Below, in pieces: positions 46,983 through 56,378 of a stretch of 64,000 nucleotides of DNA (the first letter of the stretch is position 1; each line of letters opens with the position of its first letter). Below the pieces are notes generated by a model that worked only from the letters and a program-made list of their open reading frames with translations, was not told the origin of the DNA and did not search any database. Location of the stretch: the IMG/VR virus record IMGVR_UViG_3300019487_000024, positions 1 through 64,000 of that record; one strand, given 5' to 3'. Both the position numbers and the translations under genes were made by a program. Origin of the DNA: a virus.

Positions 46983-47357
46983 ATGAAACAAAATACTCGT
47001 AAGAACAAAACCAATCAGTCGGTTACTTGGCCAACTACTGCGTACTTCACCATTGCCGACTTGCACAAGCTTAATCCAAAGTTCGTCAACATCACTTTGA
47101 GAGTTCGTCTCGCCAATGCGATTGAAGATGGCAAGGTTGCCGAAATTGGTTGGGTGCCCGGAGGAAAGGGTCGTCCACCAAAGGTTTTCTCGTTAACCCC
47201 CGTCCAACAAACAACCCTCAACAAAGCCAAGTCTGAGAACGTCAACTTGGTTGACAATGCCGAGAAGCTCGTCAATGTCATCAATGTCTCCACTCCGACC
47301 CCTGCCACGGTGCCTGCTTCCACAGTGCCCGACGCTGCGACTCCCGCAGTGAAGTAA
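46983..47357 (+). CDS. Winged-helix DNA-binding protein
   Basis: FTIADL...ITLRVRL...G.V...GKGRPPKVF wing motif. Confidence 0.6.
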   Translation: MKQNTRKNKTNQSVTWPTTAYFTIADLHKLNPKFVNITLRVRLANAIEDGKVAEIGWVPGGKGRPPKVFSLTPVQQTTLNKAKSENVNLVDNAEKLVNVINVSTPTPATVPASTVPDAATPAVK

Positions 47358-47404
47358 GGTCTGAGAATCAAATAGCCGTATATCGGCGTAATCTAGGGAC
47401 AGTT

Positions 47405-47608
47405 ATGGCAAAGAAGAAGAGAACCAAGCAACAATTGTTGGACAAAATCAAACCCAAAGATTACCTGATATACGGCATTTTTGATTTCGAGAAACAGACG
47501 CTTGTATATGTCCACATGGATTACGACCAAGTGGAAATGGAGTTTGAGTTGGAAGGATATTCCGAAGAGCGGTATGACATTGTTGAGTTCTACATCCGCT
47601 TGATTTAG
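47405..47608 (+). CDS. Small hypothetical protein
   Basis: Clean ORF with a TTATG start context. Confidence 0.5.
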   Translation: MAKKKRTKQQLLDKIKPKDYLIYGIFDFEKQTLVYVHMDYDQVEMEFELEGYSEERYDIVEFYIRLI

Positions 47609-47907
47609 TAGCGTCGGATGTATTTCCCAATCGTTTCAATGGGACCGTTGTAGGTGTCGATGCGGCGGAAACCTTCTTGAGTCAAAATGTAGGAGTAGAT
47701 ACGAACTTTGGTGATGGGTTTCACTCCCATCAACTCGTCCAATTTTTTCACTTGCGTCATAACGACGTTTTTCGATCCCCAAATGATAGGTGTCTCAAAA
47801 TCCCTGTCAAAAAGGATTGACGTGTTCGAGTCGGGATAAAATAAATGGAACACCGACCCCGCAATTTTCCCCTTCTTTTCTGGATTGATAACATTTTGTG
47901 CGAGCAT
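47605..47907 (-). CDS. Hypothetical protein
   Basis: Start 47907 preceded by TATTTATG on the minus strand. Confidence 0.55.
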   Translation of the reverse strand: MLAQNVINPEKKGKIAGSVFHLFYPDSNTSILFDRDFETPIIWGSKNVVMTQVKKLDELMGVKPITKVRIYSYILTQEGFRRIDTYNGPIETIGKYIRRY

Positions 47908-47986
47908 ACTCATAAATAGAGATAAAATAACTTGAACCACTATCTATACTGTGGTAATGTGACCGTTGAACAAGGAAACCCGTAGT

Positions 47987-48154
47987 ATGGGCAAGACCTA
48001 TAAACGAAATGATCGCCATCTGAACAAAGATGGTAGGACTTTTACCAAACCACAGAAGAAAACGTCTGGCAAACAAGACTCTCAGGAAAACAAACAGCGA
48101 TGGAAGTTTTCCGCTCGTGAAGAGGCTCAAATACTGGACGACATGAGATTATGA
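47987..48154 (+). CDS. Small basic protein
   Basis: MGKTYKRN start; ATGA overlap with the next gene. Confidence 0.5.
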   Translation: MGKTYKRNDRHLNKDGRTFTKPQKKTSGKQDSQENKQRWKFSAREEAQILDDMRL

Positions 48155-48396
48155 TTTACGCCGTTATCGTTCTTTCCGTTTTAGTTATCTTGCTCGGTGT
48201 TTTGTTTTTCTTCCTTGAGAAGAGACAACAATCATTGCTCAAAGCATTCTCCGAGACATTGGAGCGGATTGAATTGATAGAGGACAACTGCCGAACGCTT
48301 CGTCAAAATGATGACATTCTGGCAAATGACTTAAAAATGTTACTGCATGAGTTCAAAGGTGTCGAAAAGAAAGTCGTCAAGCCAGTCGCCAAGTGA
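48151..48396 (+). CDS. Small membrane-anchored coiled-coil protein
   Basis: N-terminal TM segment. Confidence 0.55.
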   Translation: MIYAVIVLSVLVILLGVLFFFLEKRQQSLLKAFSETLERIELIEDNCRTLRQNDDILANDLKMLLHEFKGVEKKVVKPVAK

Positions 48397-48859
48397 CGGA
48401 CCAAAGAGACGTTCTCTCTTTGATCATGTGAAGCACATCCGGCAAGTCCAAGACCCGGATTACTACAACAATTTGTCTGAGGACGACCGCAAGTCGTTCA
48501 ATCATTTCATGATCATCCGTGCTCTCTCAATGGATGAAGAAATCCTTGAGACGATGGCACAGCTTTATCAGATTTTCGACAAGATTCCCTCGGCTCAGTT
48601 CTATAAGCTTCTCATTGCTCTCGTTCCAAAAAGCATGAGATTCTATCCGTGGATAAAATCCAAGAAGATGAAACACGACAAAGAGCTTTTGGCTCTGGTC
48701 GCAAAACGATTTCAAGTCCCAAGCTATCAAGCCAATGATTACGTCAATCTTTTGCTTCGCACTGAGAACGGTCAAGCGGAACTGGTAAGCATTTGCAAGG
48801 CGTTTGGACTTGAGGACAAAGAAGTGGAAGAACTTTTTGCGGAGAAGAAAGACGAATGA
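48347..48859 (+). CDS. Clamp-loader small subunit-like protein (T4 gp62-like)
   Basis: LFDHVKHI...F.HFMIIRALSM...FYPWIK...V...F.V...A.DY. Confidence 0.6.
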   Translation: MSSKVSKRKSSSQSPSDGPKRRSLFDHVKHIRQVQDPDYYNNLSEDDRKSFNHFMIIRALSMDEEILETMAQLYQIFDKIPSAQFYKLLIALVPKSMRFYPWIKSKKMKHDKELLALVAKRFQVPSYQANDYVNLLLRTENGQAELVSICKAFGLEDKEVEELFAEKKDE

Positions 48860-49392
48860 GAGGAAAAACTGCCAACGAATTGCCTCCAATGGACCCGAAC
48901 ACATTGGAAGATGATGATTTGTTAATCATTTGGGATAAGAGTGCATACGATCTGAGGGAGCATGTTATTCGATCAAAGGACGATGCTCCTCTTCCCTTTA
49001 CAACAAAACACATTCGCCTTGGGGATTTGAAAGCATATCTTCAAAAGAAGCCTACACCAGTAAGTTCTGGATTTACTGCGGAGACTTTGAAAGAAATGTT
49101 TGAGTCTGCAAAGCGGGTTAAGGATGACGCTTTGGCGGCAGCAAAACAAGCATTGGAAGAGGCGTATGTAAAGTATCATCCGTCGTCTAGGAGCAAAGAA
49201 TTTAACAAATGGGCAGCAAGCTTTTTTTCTTGGGAAGACCCAACCCCCGAAAAAGATATTGAAGCCTGTGAGCTTGCATGGAATGCGTGCAAAAACCGAG
49301 TTTTGAAGATTCTCGAAACCCCAATACAAAATCTTGACCTAAGCACCGAGGAAGTTGATCGACGCTTCATCGACAAAATCAAAGAGTTATGA
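48856..49392 (+). CDS. Hypothetical protein
   Basis: ATGA-coupled on both sides. Confidence 0.55.
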   Translation: MRGKTANELPPMDPNTLEDDDLLIIWDKSAYDLREHVIRSKDDAPLPFTTKHIRLGDLKAYLQKKPTPVSSGFTAETLKEMFESAKRVKDDALAAAKQALEEAYVKYHPSSRSKEFNKWAASFFSWEDPTPEKDIEACELAWNACKNRVLKILETPIQNLDLSTEEVDRRFIDKIKEL

Positions 49393-50075
49393 AAGTAATC
49401 GGAGTTGGCGGATATGCCCGTTGTGGCAAGGATACCTTCGTTAGCATTGCGAAGAAGATTCTCACAAAGAACAATTACGAACCCCTTCGTGTGGCGTTCG
49501 CTGATACTTTGAAGAATGAAGTTCAAGCCATGTTGAAAGTCAACGACTTTCCGCTCGATGTTTACACCACCGATACAGTGGAAAAGACAAAAATTCGTCC
49601 GTTGCTTGTTTGGTGGGGTTGTGCGAGACGAGATTTGAGTGAAGATGGACTGTATTGGGTAAACGTAGTGGACAAACAACTTCGGTCGGTGAGTGCTACC
49701 GATTCAAGAGACGATGTTATTGTCTTGGTTTCTGATGTACGGTTCCCAAATGAGGCGGCGTGGATTCACAAGAGTTGGGGTGGAGAAGTGATTCATTTGA
49801 AACGCTATTCTGTCCATTGTAGTGCTTCGCCGGTATTTGATCCGGCGACTAAGACTTTTGGAAACTCCGCACCAATCAAGACATTTGATCCCGCTCCAAA
49901 CGAAGAAGAATCCAAAAATGATCCACTCGTTCAAGCAGTTGCAGACGTTTCCGTTTCTTGGGAAAGTCGTGGGATTCCTGCCGGTGGATGCGTTACCGAA
50001 GACACATATCTTCAAGAGCAAGTTTTGAATGCTCTCAATTCTACTGGAGCATTTAACGGGAAACTATCACTATAA
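49389..50075 (+). CDS. Deoxynucleoside monophosphate kinase (T4 gp1-like)
   Basis: G.ARCGKDT, AFAD.LK, RPLL..WG, SDVRFPNE. Confidence 0.82.
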   Translation: MKVIGVGGYARCGKDTFVSIAKKILTKNNYEPLRVAFADTLKNEVQAMLKVNDFPLDVYTTDTVEKTKIRPLLVWWGCARRDLSEDGLYWVNVVDKQLRSVSATDSRDDVIVLVSDVRFPNEAAWIHKSWGGEVIHLKRYSVHCSASPVFDPATKTFGNSAPIKTFDPAPNEEESKNDPLVQAVADVSVSWESRGIPAGGCVTEDTYLQEQVLNALNSTGAFNGKLSL

Positions 50076-50346
50076 GTTGTCCAGCTTCGGTGTAAAAGAT
50101 GAGTTGCCTGTCTGTTGTCTTAGATAGGAACTCGTTTTTTAGTCTTGGGACAATGTGTCTGGCTCCATCCAAGTAAAGCTTGGAGCATACAGCATAGAGT
50201 TTGGCTTTGTCTTCTTTTCGGAAGCAATTACAATCAACCGCATAGTCATTGATGCAGTTAATGAGTTGTGTGAAGGTGCTATCCAACCTTGATAATTCAT
50301 GTGTGCTCAAGAACCGAGCAAACTCAGTTGGATTTCGGAACTCCAT
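50053..50346 (-). CDS. Hypothetical protein
   Basis: Follows 50350..50700 in an operon. Confidence 0.5.
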   Translation of the reverse strand: MEFRNPTEFARFLSTHELSRLDSTFTQLINCINDYAVDCNCFRKEDKAKLYAVCSKLYLDGARHIVPRLKNEFLSKTTDRQLIFYTEAGQLIVIVSR

Positions 50347-50349
50347 GCG

Positions 50350-50700
50350 TTACCCCAACAATTTGTCTATGACTGCGTAGATGAACAGTCCTCCCAAGAT
50401 CACAAGTGGTAATTGTGCAAACACCCCGATGGAAACCAAGAAGCCTTGAACACAGCACACCAATAAGCCTAGCCACACAGACAGACAAATCGGACAGCTA
50501 ATCAAACGTACGAAGAAGCAGTTGCGGTGCCTTAGAAGGTAAAGACGGTAGGTTAACGACACATCGTTGTATTTCTTATCGTCGTAGTCCTTGTAAAAGG
50601 ATATAAAATTGAGTCTCAGTAGGCGGCAGTATTCCACCCAAGCATCGGTTCTGAACCAAATCAGAAGGAGAAGACCTATAATGGAGATAGACAGTAACAT
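50350..50700 (-). CDS. Membrane protein with a CPICLSVW (DUF1360-like) motif
   Basis: TM segments, LISCPICLSVW; TATTTATT upstream on the minus strand (50705-50712). Confidence 0.6.
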   Translation of the reverse strand: MLLSISIIGLLLLIWFRTDAWVEYCRLLRLNFISFYKDYDDKKYNDVSLTYRLYLLRHRNCFFVRLISCPICLSVWLGLLVCCVQGFLVSIGVFAQLPLVILGGLFIYAVIDKLLG

Positions 50701-50715
50701 CAACAATAAATATCC

Positions 50716-51987
50716 TCAAAGGATAGTAAAGTTGATGTCGTCTATGGGAGGATTTTTTACAATCAGGCTGTCCTGAATGTGGTTTGTAATGCGATTGATG
50801 GTAAGAACTCCGTTGGCACATTCATACTGCCCCGGTTCGGCAGTGTGAATTATGTCATTCAGGTGAAGAATTGTTTGGTCGGTGAAAACATTCGGAGCGG
50901 CTTTGGAAAAATCCAAGTCCAATACGATTTCATCGTCAATTGCCGCCTCCACAAAAACATCTTCATCCAGTCGGTAATACTTTTTGTAAAGCTCCCATTG
51001 TAGCTGGTTAATATCCAAGAGTTGATTTGCAAACTCATGAAGTTGCTTCAATGATGCTTGAAGATTCTGTCGTATTTCTGGATTATCAACGAAAATCCGG
51101 CTGAAACGAAAGTGGTTTTGAAAAATTCCGCTTGCATCATTCCACTTCACGTTTTTGAGGTTTGCTGCTACGGGATATTTGTATTCCTTTGTGGCGTCAA
51201 ATGCGGTGTCGTGTTTGAAATGTGGCCACTTTCGTAGAAAGCGAGTCATTTCTACCGTATCGGCTTGTTGTTGAAGCTGTGTGCGTGCTTTTGCCTTCTC
51301 AGTCCACCATTCAATGCCACGAGAAGATGTGCAAGTGAAGTGATATACAATGGCATTCCACACTTGGTCAATTTTCACGCCCTTCATGGTGAAGCGATAT
51401 AACAAGTCTGAATCTTCACGAGACCGGCGAAAGAAAGTGTCATGTCCCCCAATGTCCAACCAATCCTTTTTATACAAACTGAAGGGAGCAAACCAAAATT
51501 GGGTCACTCGGTCGGACTTTTTCTGCTCGGCAAACTTGGAAAAAGCATCCAAGTCAAATTTTTGAGGGTCTAGCCCGAAATCATGGGTAATTTTCTCTGG
51601 AGAAGGAGGATGAAGCGGCGGTTCAATGCGGGTAGAGGAAACGATTCGTCCGGGAGCCAAATGCTTGCCCAATTCTAAATCATAAAGCGGTCCTATAACC
51701 ATGTCTGACTGCAAATACGACACAAAGTCCGTCTCAGCCATCTCAAACATCAAATTGATGTTTCGAGCATATCCAATAGGGACCGGAAGCGGGTTTATTA
51801 TAACCTTCAGGTTAGGAAAGTGCTCTTTTTGAGTCTTGAGAAATCCAACGGTATCTTGATTGTCGTTTTCTACATAAACCAAGATGGGGTGGTTTCGGTG
51901 GGAGAGGTTTTTATAAAGAGAACGAAACAACAACTCTATGTGATGCCGTTCGTTCCTTGCTGTATTGATACAAAATGTGATGTTCAT
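50716..51987 (-). CDS. GT2-family glycosyltransferase
   Basis: ITFCINT..N, YARNIN, QSDM, IGGHD..F...REDSD, VYH. Confidence 0.85.
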   Translation of the reverse strand: MNITFCINTARNERHHIELLFRSLYKNLSHRNHPILVYVENDNQDTVGFLKTQKEHFPNLKVIINPLPVPIGYARNINLMFEMAETDFVSYLQSDMVIGPLYDLELGKHLAPGRIVSSTRIEPPLHPPSPEKITHDFGLDPQKFDLDAFSKFAEQKKSDRVTQFWFAPFSLYKKDWLDIGGHDTFFRRSREDSDLLYRFTMKGVKIDQVWNAIVYHFTCTSSRGIEWWTEKAKARTQLQQQADTVEMTRFLRKWPHFKHDTAFDATKEYKYPVAANLKNVKWNDASGIFQNHFRFSRIFVDNPEIRQNLQASLKQLHEFANQLLDINQLQWELYKKYYRLDEDVFVEAAIDDEIVLDLDFSKAAPNVFTDQTILHLNDIIHTAEPGQYECANGVLTINRITNHIQDSLIVKNPPIDDINFTIL

Positions 51988-52850
51988 GCCAATGCTTCCA
52001 CCATTCGCTTAATTCCGGCATCCATACCAATCAGGTTTAGGTTTTGACTTCTAAGTCTTCCACCGTCACCCGTGTAAGGATGGTCTTTTTCCACTTGCTT
52101 AACAACAACATTGATTGGAACGTTCATTGCCTTGCAAATCTTCGCACCAACGTCGGCAAGGGTTTCTTTATGCCCCATGTCTTGTTCATAAACCAGATTC
52201 ATGTGACAAAGCTCTTTAGAGCGAGTTTTCAAAACGTGATCTATGACGACAGCAACATCATCCACAAAAAAGAAATCCATCTTCTTGTTTTTTTCAATCT
52301 CAATCGGAAGTCCTTCCTTTAGGCGAAGGATTGATCGCTTGATAAATCGAAAGTCGGGTTCATCTGGACCAAAACATCCAAACAACCGAAGAAGATATGG
52401 TTCGGACAATTCCACTTCATCTTCGTTGTACTGTCCCATGCCCAAGGCTCGCTTTGCTATTATGTTTTTGGAGAGTCCGTATAAATCAACCGGCCAAGAC
52501 TTGTAAAGTTCTTCTTCGTCCACTTGGTCTATATCAAAGCGTCTGTCAAATTCTGCCCCCGAACCAATAATGATGGTTGGTCTGTAATCATCAATCCAAG
52601 TGAGGACTTCATACATTTTGATGTTGTCCACAAAATCTTGATGTTGGTTTTGGGATGCAAAATGACCTTTGAATCCGGTGTGGACGATAGCAGTTGGGCA
52701 ATGCTTATTGAGATACATCATGCATTTCCCAAGGTCGGTCATGTCCAATTCTTGACGGGTTGGTGCCAGAACATCATGCCCAAGACTTCTAAGAGCACGG
52801 GCGACGTTTCGACCAACAAATCCTCCCCCACCAGTGACTAATGTTCTCAT
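51984..52850 (-). CDS. NAD-dependent sugar epimerase/reductase
   Basis: GGGGFVG, GSGAEF, YGLSK, LRLFGCFG. Confidence 0.88.
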   Translation of the reverse strand: MRTLVTGGGGFVGRNVARALRSLGHDVLAPTRQELDMTDLGKCMMYLNKHCPTAIVHTGFKGHFASQNQHQDFVDNIKMYEVLTWIDDYRPTIIIGSGAEFDRRFDIDQVDEEELYKSWPVDLYGLSKNIIAKRALGMGQYNEDEVELSEPYLLRLFGCFGPDEPDFRFIKRSILRLKEGLPIEIEKNKKMDFFFVDDVAVVIDHVLKTRSKELCHMNLVYEQDMGHKETLADVGAKICKAMNVPINVVVKQVEKDHPYTGDGGRLRSQNLNLIGMDAGIKRMVEALA

Positions 52851-53323
52851 TTTACAAGGTTCATGTAAGACGGACGACCGTTGAACAGGTAATGGTGCAG
52901 CAAATTTTGCATATCAACCTCGGTGGTCGGCTTGAATAATACCAAATTCTGAAAAGGAGTCAACACCGAAATATCTTCTTCTGCCCAATGGGTATATCCA
53001 AGGTATCCGTAGTCACGATCACGCCCTCCACCGGCAATTTTGATGGGCAAAGACTCGTATTGCATGAAGTTTCGGATGAATTCAAACGGACGAAAGACTG
53101 CAAATGAGGAAATGGAATAGCAAACTGGAAGTTTTCCTTCCATTGCCATACCCGCTGCACAAGCAATCATCAATTGTTCGGCTGAACCTACGTTAAAAAA
53201 GCGATTTGGATAGGTATCACGAACTTTGTCCCATAAACCATAGCCCATGTCGGCAGTGATAAGCACGATGGAATCGTTCTCACCCATCTTTGTCAGTAAT
53301 GCGTCAGCAAATGCACGTCTCAT
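52847..53323 (-). CDS. Transketolase-like protein, pyrimidine-binding (C-terminal) subunit
   Basis: TADMGYG, FFNVGSAEQ, AGMA.EG, RPFE.IR, G.TH...ED. Confidence 0.85.
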   Translation of the reverse strand: MRRAFADALLTKMGENDSIVLITADMGYGLWDKVRDTYPNRFFNVGSAEQLMIACAAGMAMEGKLPVCYSISSFAVFRPFEFIRNFMQYESLPIKIAGGGRDRDYGYLGYTHWAEEDISVLTPFQNLVLFKPTTEVDMQNLLHHYLFNGRPSYMNLVK

Positions 53324-54048
53324 AAAACTTGATATATTAAAGGAATGGTATGAACTCCTCGTTTGAATTTTCTCCAATCATTCTCCCAAATATATTTTAC
53401 TTTGTACCCAAGAGATTTCATTTTGGTTAGTTTCTCGTATGTTTTCTTTAACAAGATTCCATATTTCAATTTGGTGTCAGGATTTAGGTCTGTTTGTTTG
53501 TATATTTCGGGATTTCCGTGCCAATAATCACCAAGAAATTCATAAACCGTATTGTTTTCCCGATCATATCCATCCACTTTCTTCTTTTTCCATTTTGGAA
53601 GCGAGTAGTTTGTAGTTTTAATTCCCATCCACAATAAAAAGTCACGTTCAAGTCTTGAAATTTTATGTAAACAAGTAGGACACTTACTACCACGCAAATG
53701 ATGATATGGACTTTGAATAAACGTGCCATGTTTATGACAGATTATTTTTACCTTGTGGTGAGAATGAATATAGTTGACCTTAGAATAATTATATTCATTT
53801 TTATGAACTTTGTTTGCCTTAGTTATAAATTCATAGTTTGAATACAAATATCTTCCGGAACATTTGATACAACCTTTCCCCATTAAATGGTCATTTGGTC
53901 TTTGAGAAAACATGTGTTGACATGCATTACATTTAATGTCCACTTTTTCTCTGCTTGATTTGTACAACACATGAGAATAATCATATTTTTTGCCATGAAT
54001 TTTTATGGCTTTTTCGATAAATTCTTTTGTGTTAGAAAACTTTGGCAT
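53320..54048 (-). mobile_element. Homing endonuclease (HG..YDYS repeats plus DUF559/Vsr-like)
   Basis: IHGKKYDYS, HL.G.GC..C, VDGY...YEFLGDYWHG..GYKVKYIWENDW; AT-rich. Confidence 0.85.
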
Positions 54049-54111
54049 TACAATGGTTCCATTTATCCAAGTGAGTTTTTACGAAAACTTCCTTACTATC
54101 TTTGAATAATT

Positions 54112-54753
54112 TTACTTCAGAATTTCAAGTGCAACTGCATATTCTTCCGGGCACATTATTTTGTAGTGAGCATTTTGACCTTTGAGAAACGAAAATTCCT
54201 CAGTAGCTTGTTGTGTGTCTCCAATGCAGGCAATGTTTCCGATGGAAAATGCTGCCAAACGTTTTTGAAGCTTATCATATGGGATTTCGCAATATGCTCC
54301 ATATCCATTATGAACCACGTAAACCTTGATGTTCTTCACGGGATGGTCCGCAATGAATCGAAGGGCTTCCCAAATGACTCCTTCGGCACATTCGCCATCA
54401 CTTACCATCACATGCACGCCACGATTGGGGTTTGCAAGTGCCCGACCTACAGCGGCGGCTAATCCCATACCCAAACTTCCCGTTGAACACCAAAGATGAT
54501 TCGCTTCGTCCAGATGTGGGTGCCCGCCATGCTTCTTGAACAACTCCTCAGCATTATGTCCGTGATGTTTTTCCAGCACGACGTATTGTGCCAAAGAAGC
54601 ATGTCCGTTAGAAAGGATGAAAATGTCATCCACAGGCTTGTTTCTGAAAATCCAGTCAATGATGTCCACACAGGACAAATAGCTCCCCAAGTGAGAGAGT
54701 TTGTTCTTGTAGGCAATCTCAATGATGCGTTTCTTTAGGTCTTTGTTTACCAT
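54112..54753 (-). CDS. Transketolase-like protein, ThDP-binding (N-terminal) subunit
   Basis: SHLGS, ILSNGH, STGSLGMG, SDGEC.EG..WEA. Confidence 0.88.
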   Translation of the reverse strand: MVNKDLKKRIIEIAYKNKLSHLGSYLSCVDIIDWIFRNKPVDDIFILSNGHASLAQYVVLEKHHGHNAEELFKKHGGHPHLDEANHLWCSTGSLGMGLAAAVGRALANPNRGVHVMVSDGECAEGVIWEALRFIADHPVKNIKVYVVHNGYGAYCEIPYDKLQKRLAAFSIGNIACIGDTQQATEEFSFLKGQNAHYKIMCPEEYAVALEILK

Positions 54754-55724
54754 ACGAAATTCTTCTTGTAGTATTCCACAATCTCAGGAAGTTTTTGATC
54801 TAGGGAACATTGATTCTTCCACCCAAGCTTTTTCAGCTTACTATCATCCAAGCTATAACGTACGTCTTGTCCGTCACGGGAATATGTGAAGTCACAGAAT
54901 TCCAACAATCGGTCCATGTCGTTGTCGGGATTGAAATCAACGGTTGACGGATGGAACGTGAGAGCATAGACCTTCTTCACAATGTCAATGTTGAAACATT
55001 CTTCTGGACCGGAAATGTTGTAAATTTCATTCGTCACACCGGCATCAATGATGGTCATGACAGCATCGGCAGTGTCTTGAGCATGAAGCCATACACGTCT
55101 TGGCGATCCTCCATTGTGCAATGGAACCTTGCTTTCCAAATGAAAGCACTTGCATGTTTTTGGAATGAGTTTTTCGACGTATTGTCCAACACCATAGTTG
55201 TTCGTGGGTCGGACAATAACATACGGAACCTTGAAAGTCCGTGCCCAAGCGAGAATCAACATGTCAGCCGCAGCTTTCGTAGCCGAGTAGGGATTGCTTG
55301 GCTTCAACAAGTCGGTTTCCGTATGAGACCCCGATTCAATGTCTCCATATACTTCATCGGTACTGAAATGAAGCAGGGTGGGCATCTTTAACCGTTTGGT
55401 ACGGATAAGATCGAGAAGGTGCTTTACTCCATTGACATTTGAGTGAAGAAAGGCATCGCTGTTGGTTATGGAATTGTCAACGTGGCTTTCGGCGGCAGTA
55501 TTGATGACATAATCACAATCATAGAGGCTTTCCAAATTGCAAATGTCTTCCTTGATAAACTTGAAGTTTGGACCGTAGCAATGAAAGTCAATCAATCGGT
55601 GTGGTTGAGCCGCATAGGTTACTTTATCGACGCCAATGACATACCACCCACGACGAAGGCAGGCTTCGGTCACATAGGCTCCGATGAATCCAAGGCATCC
55701 CGTAACGTAAACGATTTTTTTCAT
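54747..55724 (-). CDS. rmlB: dTDP-glucose 4,6-dehydratase-like
   Basis: TGCLGFIG, DKVTYA, AAESHVDNSI, STDEVYG, PYSATKA, NNYG..Q..EKLIP. Confidence 0.85.
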   Translation of the reverse strand: MKKIVYVTGCLGFIGAYVTEACLRRGWYVIGVDKVTYAAQPHRLIDFHCYGPNFKFIKEDICNLESLYDCDYVINTAAESHVDNSITNSDAFLHSNVNGVKHLLDLIRTKRLKMPTLLHFSTDEVYGDIESGSHTETDLLKPSNPYSATKAAADMLILAWARTFKVPYVIVRPTNNYGVGQYVEKLIPKTCKCFHLESKVPLHNGGSPRRVWLHAQDTADAVMTIIDAGVTNEIYNISGPEECFNIDIVKKVYALTFHPSTVDFNPDNDMDRLLEFCDFTYSRDGQDVRYSLDDSKLKKLGWKNQCSLDQKLPEIVEYYKKNFVW

Positions 55725-55727
55725 AAC

Positions 55728-56378
55728 TTATTGGTAGTTGGCTTCCAGCTCTTCCTGCGTATAAGTATAAGGCAGTTTCTTCACAAACACTTGCCATCCA
55801 CCATGCAAAACTTGAGTGTGTCCGTCATACGCTGTAAGAAAACTGTCCACGGCGAGCTTCGGCTTCTGCTTTTCGTCTGTAGTATGAGCACCCCATCCAT
55901 AATCATCAAAAATCAGGATGCCGTTGTCCTTGAGGATGTACCAAGCGAGCACGGCATCTTGCATAACATCAATTGCCAAGTGAGAGCCATCAATGTAAAC
56001 ATAGTCGGCGAACCCTTTGGTTTGACCGTTATGAGTCAACGAACGGAGAACATCGTAGGAGCTTCCCTTGATGAAATGGATGTTGGGGAAGGAACCAATG
56101 TTATGGCGAAGGCATTCGTTATCATTGATGTCAATGGCATAGTGAACGCTTCCCGGACCATTGGCAATTCTCTGAGCACAAAACACGGCACAGTCGCCAT
56201 GCAAGACTCCAATCTCAACACCAACCACGTTTGGTCTGCCTGCAATGAAGGCAAGATGGTTTTGCCAGTCGGGAATCCACTTCTCAAAGAAATTTGAGCC
56301 GAAGAACCCTTCGGGGCGTTTCATGAAGGCTGGATATGTGTAACTTGTGATGTCTCGTTTAAGTGTGTATTCGCTCAT
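55728..56378 (-). CDS. Class I SAM-dependent methyltransferase
   Basis: VEIGV..G, YVYIDGSH, LK.NGILIFDDY.W. Confidence 0.85.
   Translation of the reverse strand: MSEYTLKRDITSYTYPAFMKRPEGFFGSNFFEKWIPDWQNHLAFIAGRPNVVGVEIGVLHGDCAVFCAQRIANGPGSVHYAIDINDNECLRHNIGSFPNIHFIKGSSYDVLRSLTHNGQTKGFADYVYIDGSHLAIDVMQDAVLAWYILKDNGILIFDDYGWGAHTTDEKQKPKLAVDSFLTAYDGHTQVLHGGWQVFVKKLPYTYTQEELEANYQ

Noticed and set aside
48856-49045. Tail-fibre-like N-terminal motif (ELP...DDLLII...TKHI.L..L) in a gene among replication genes
   Set aside because: Too short and degenerate to support a structural call.
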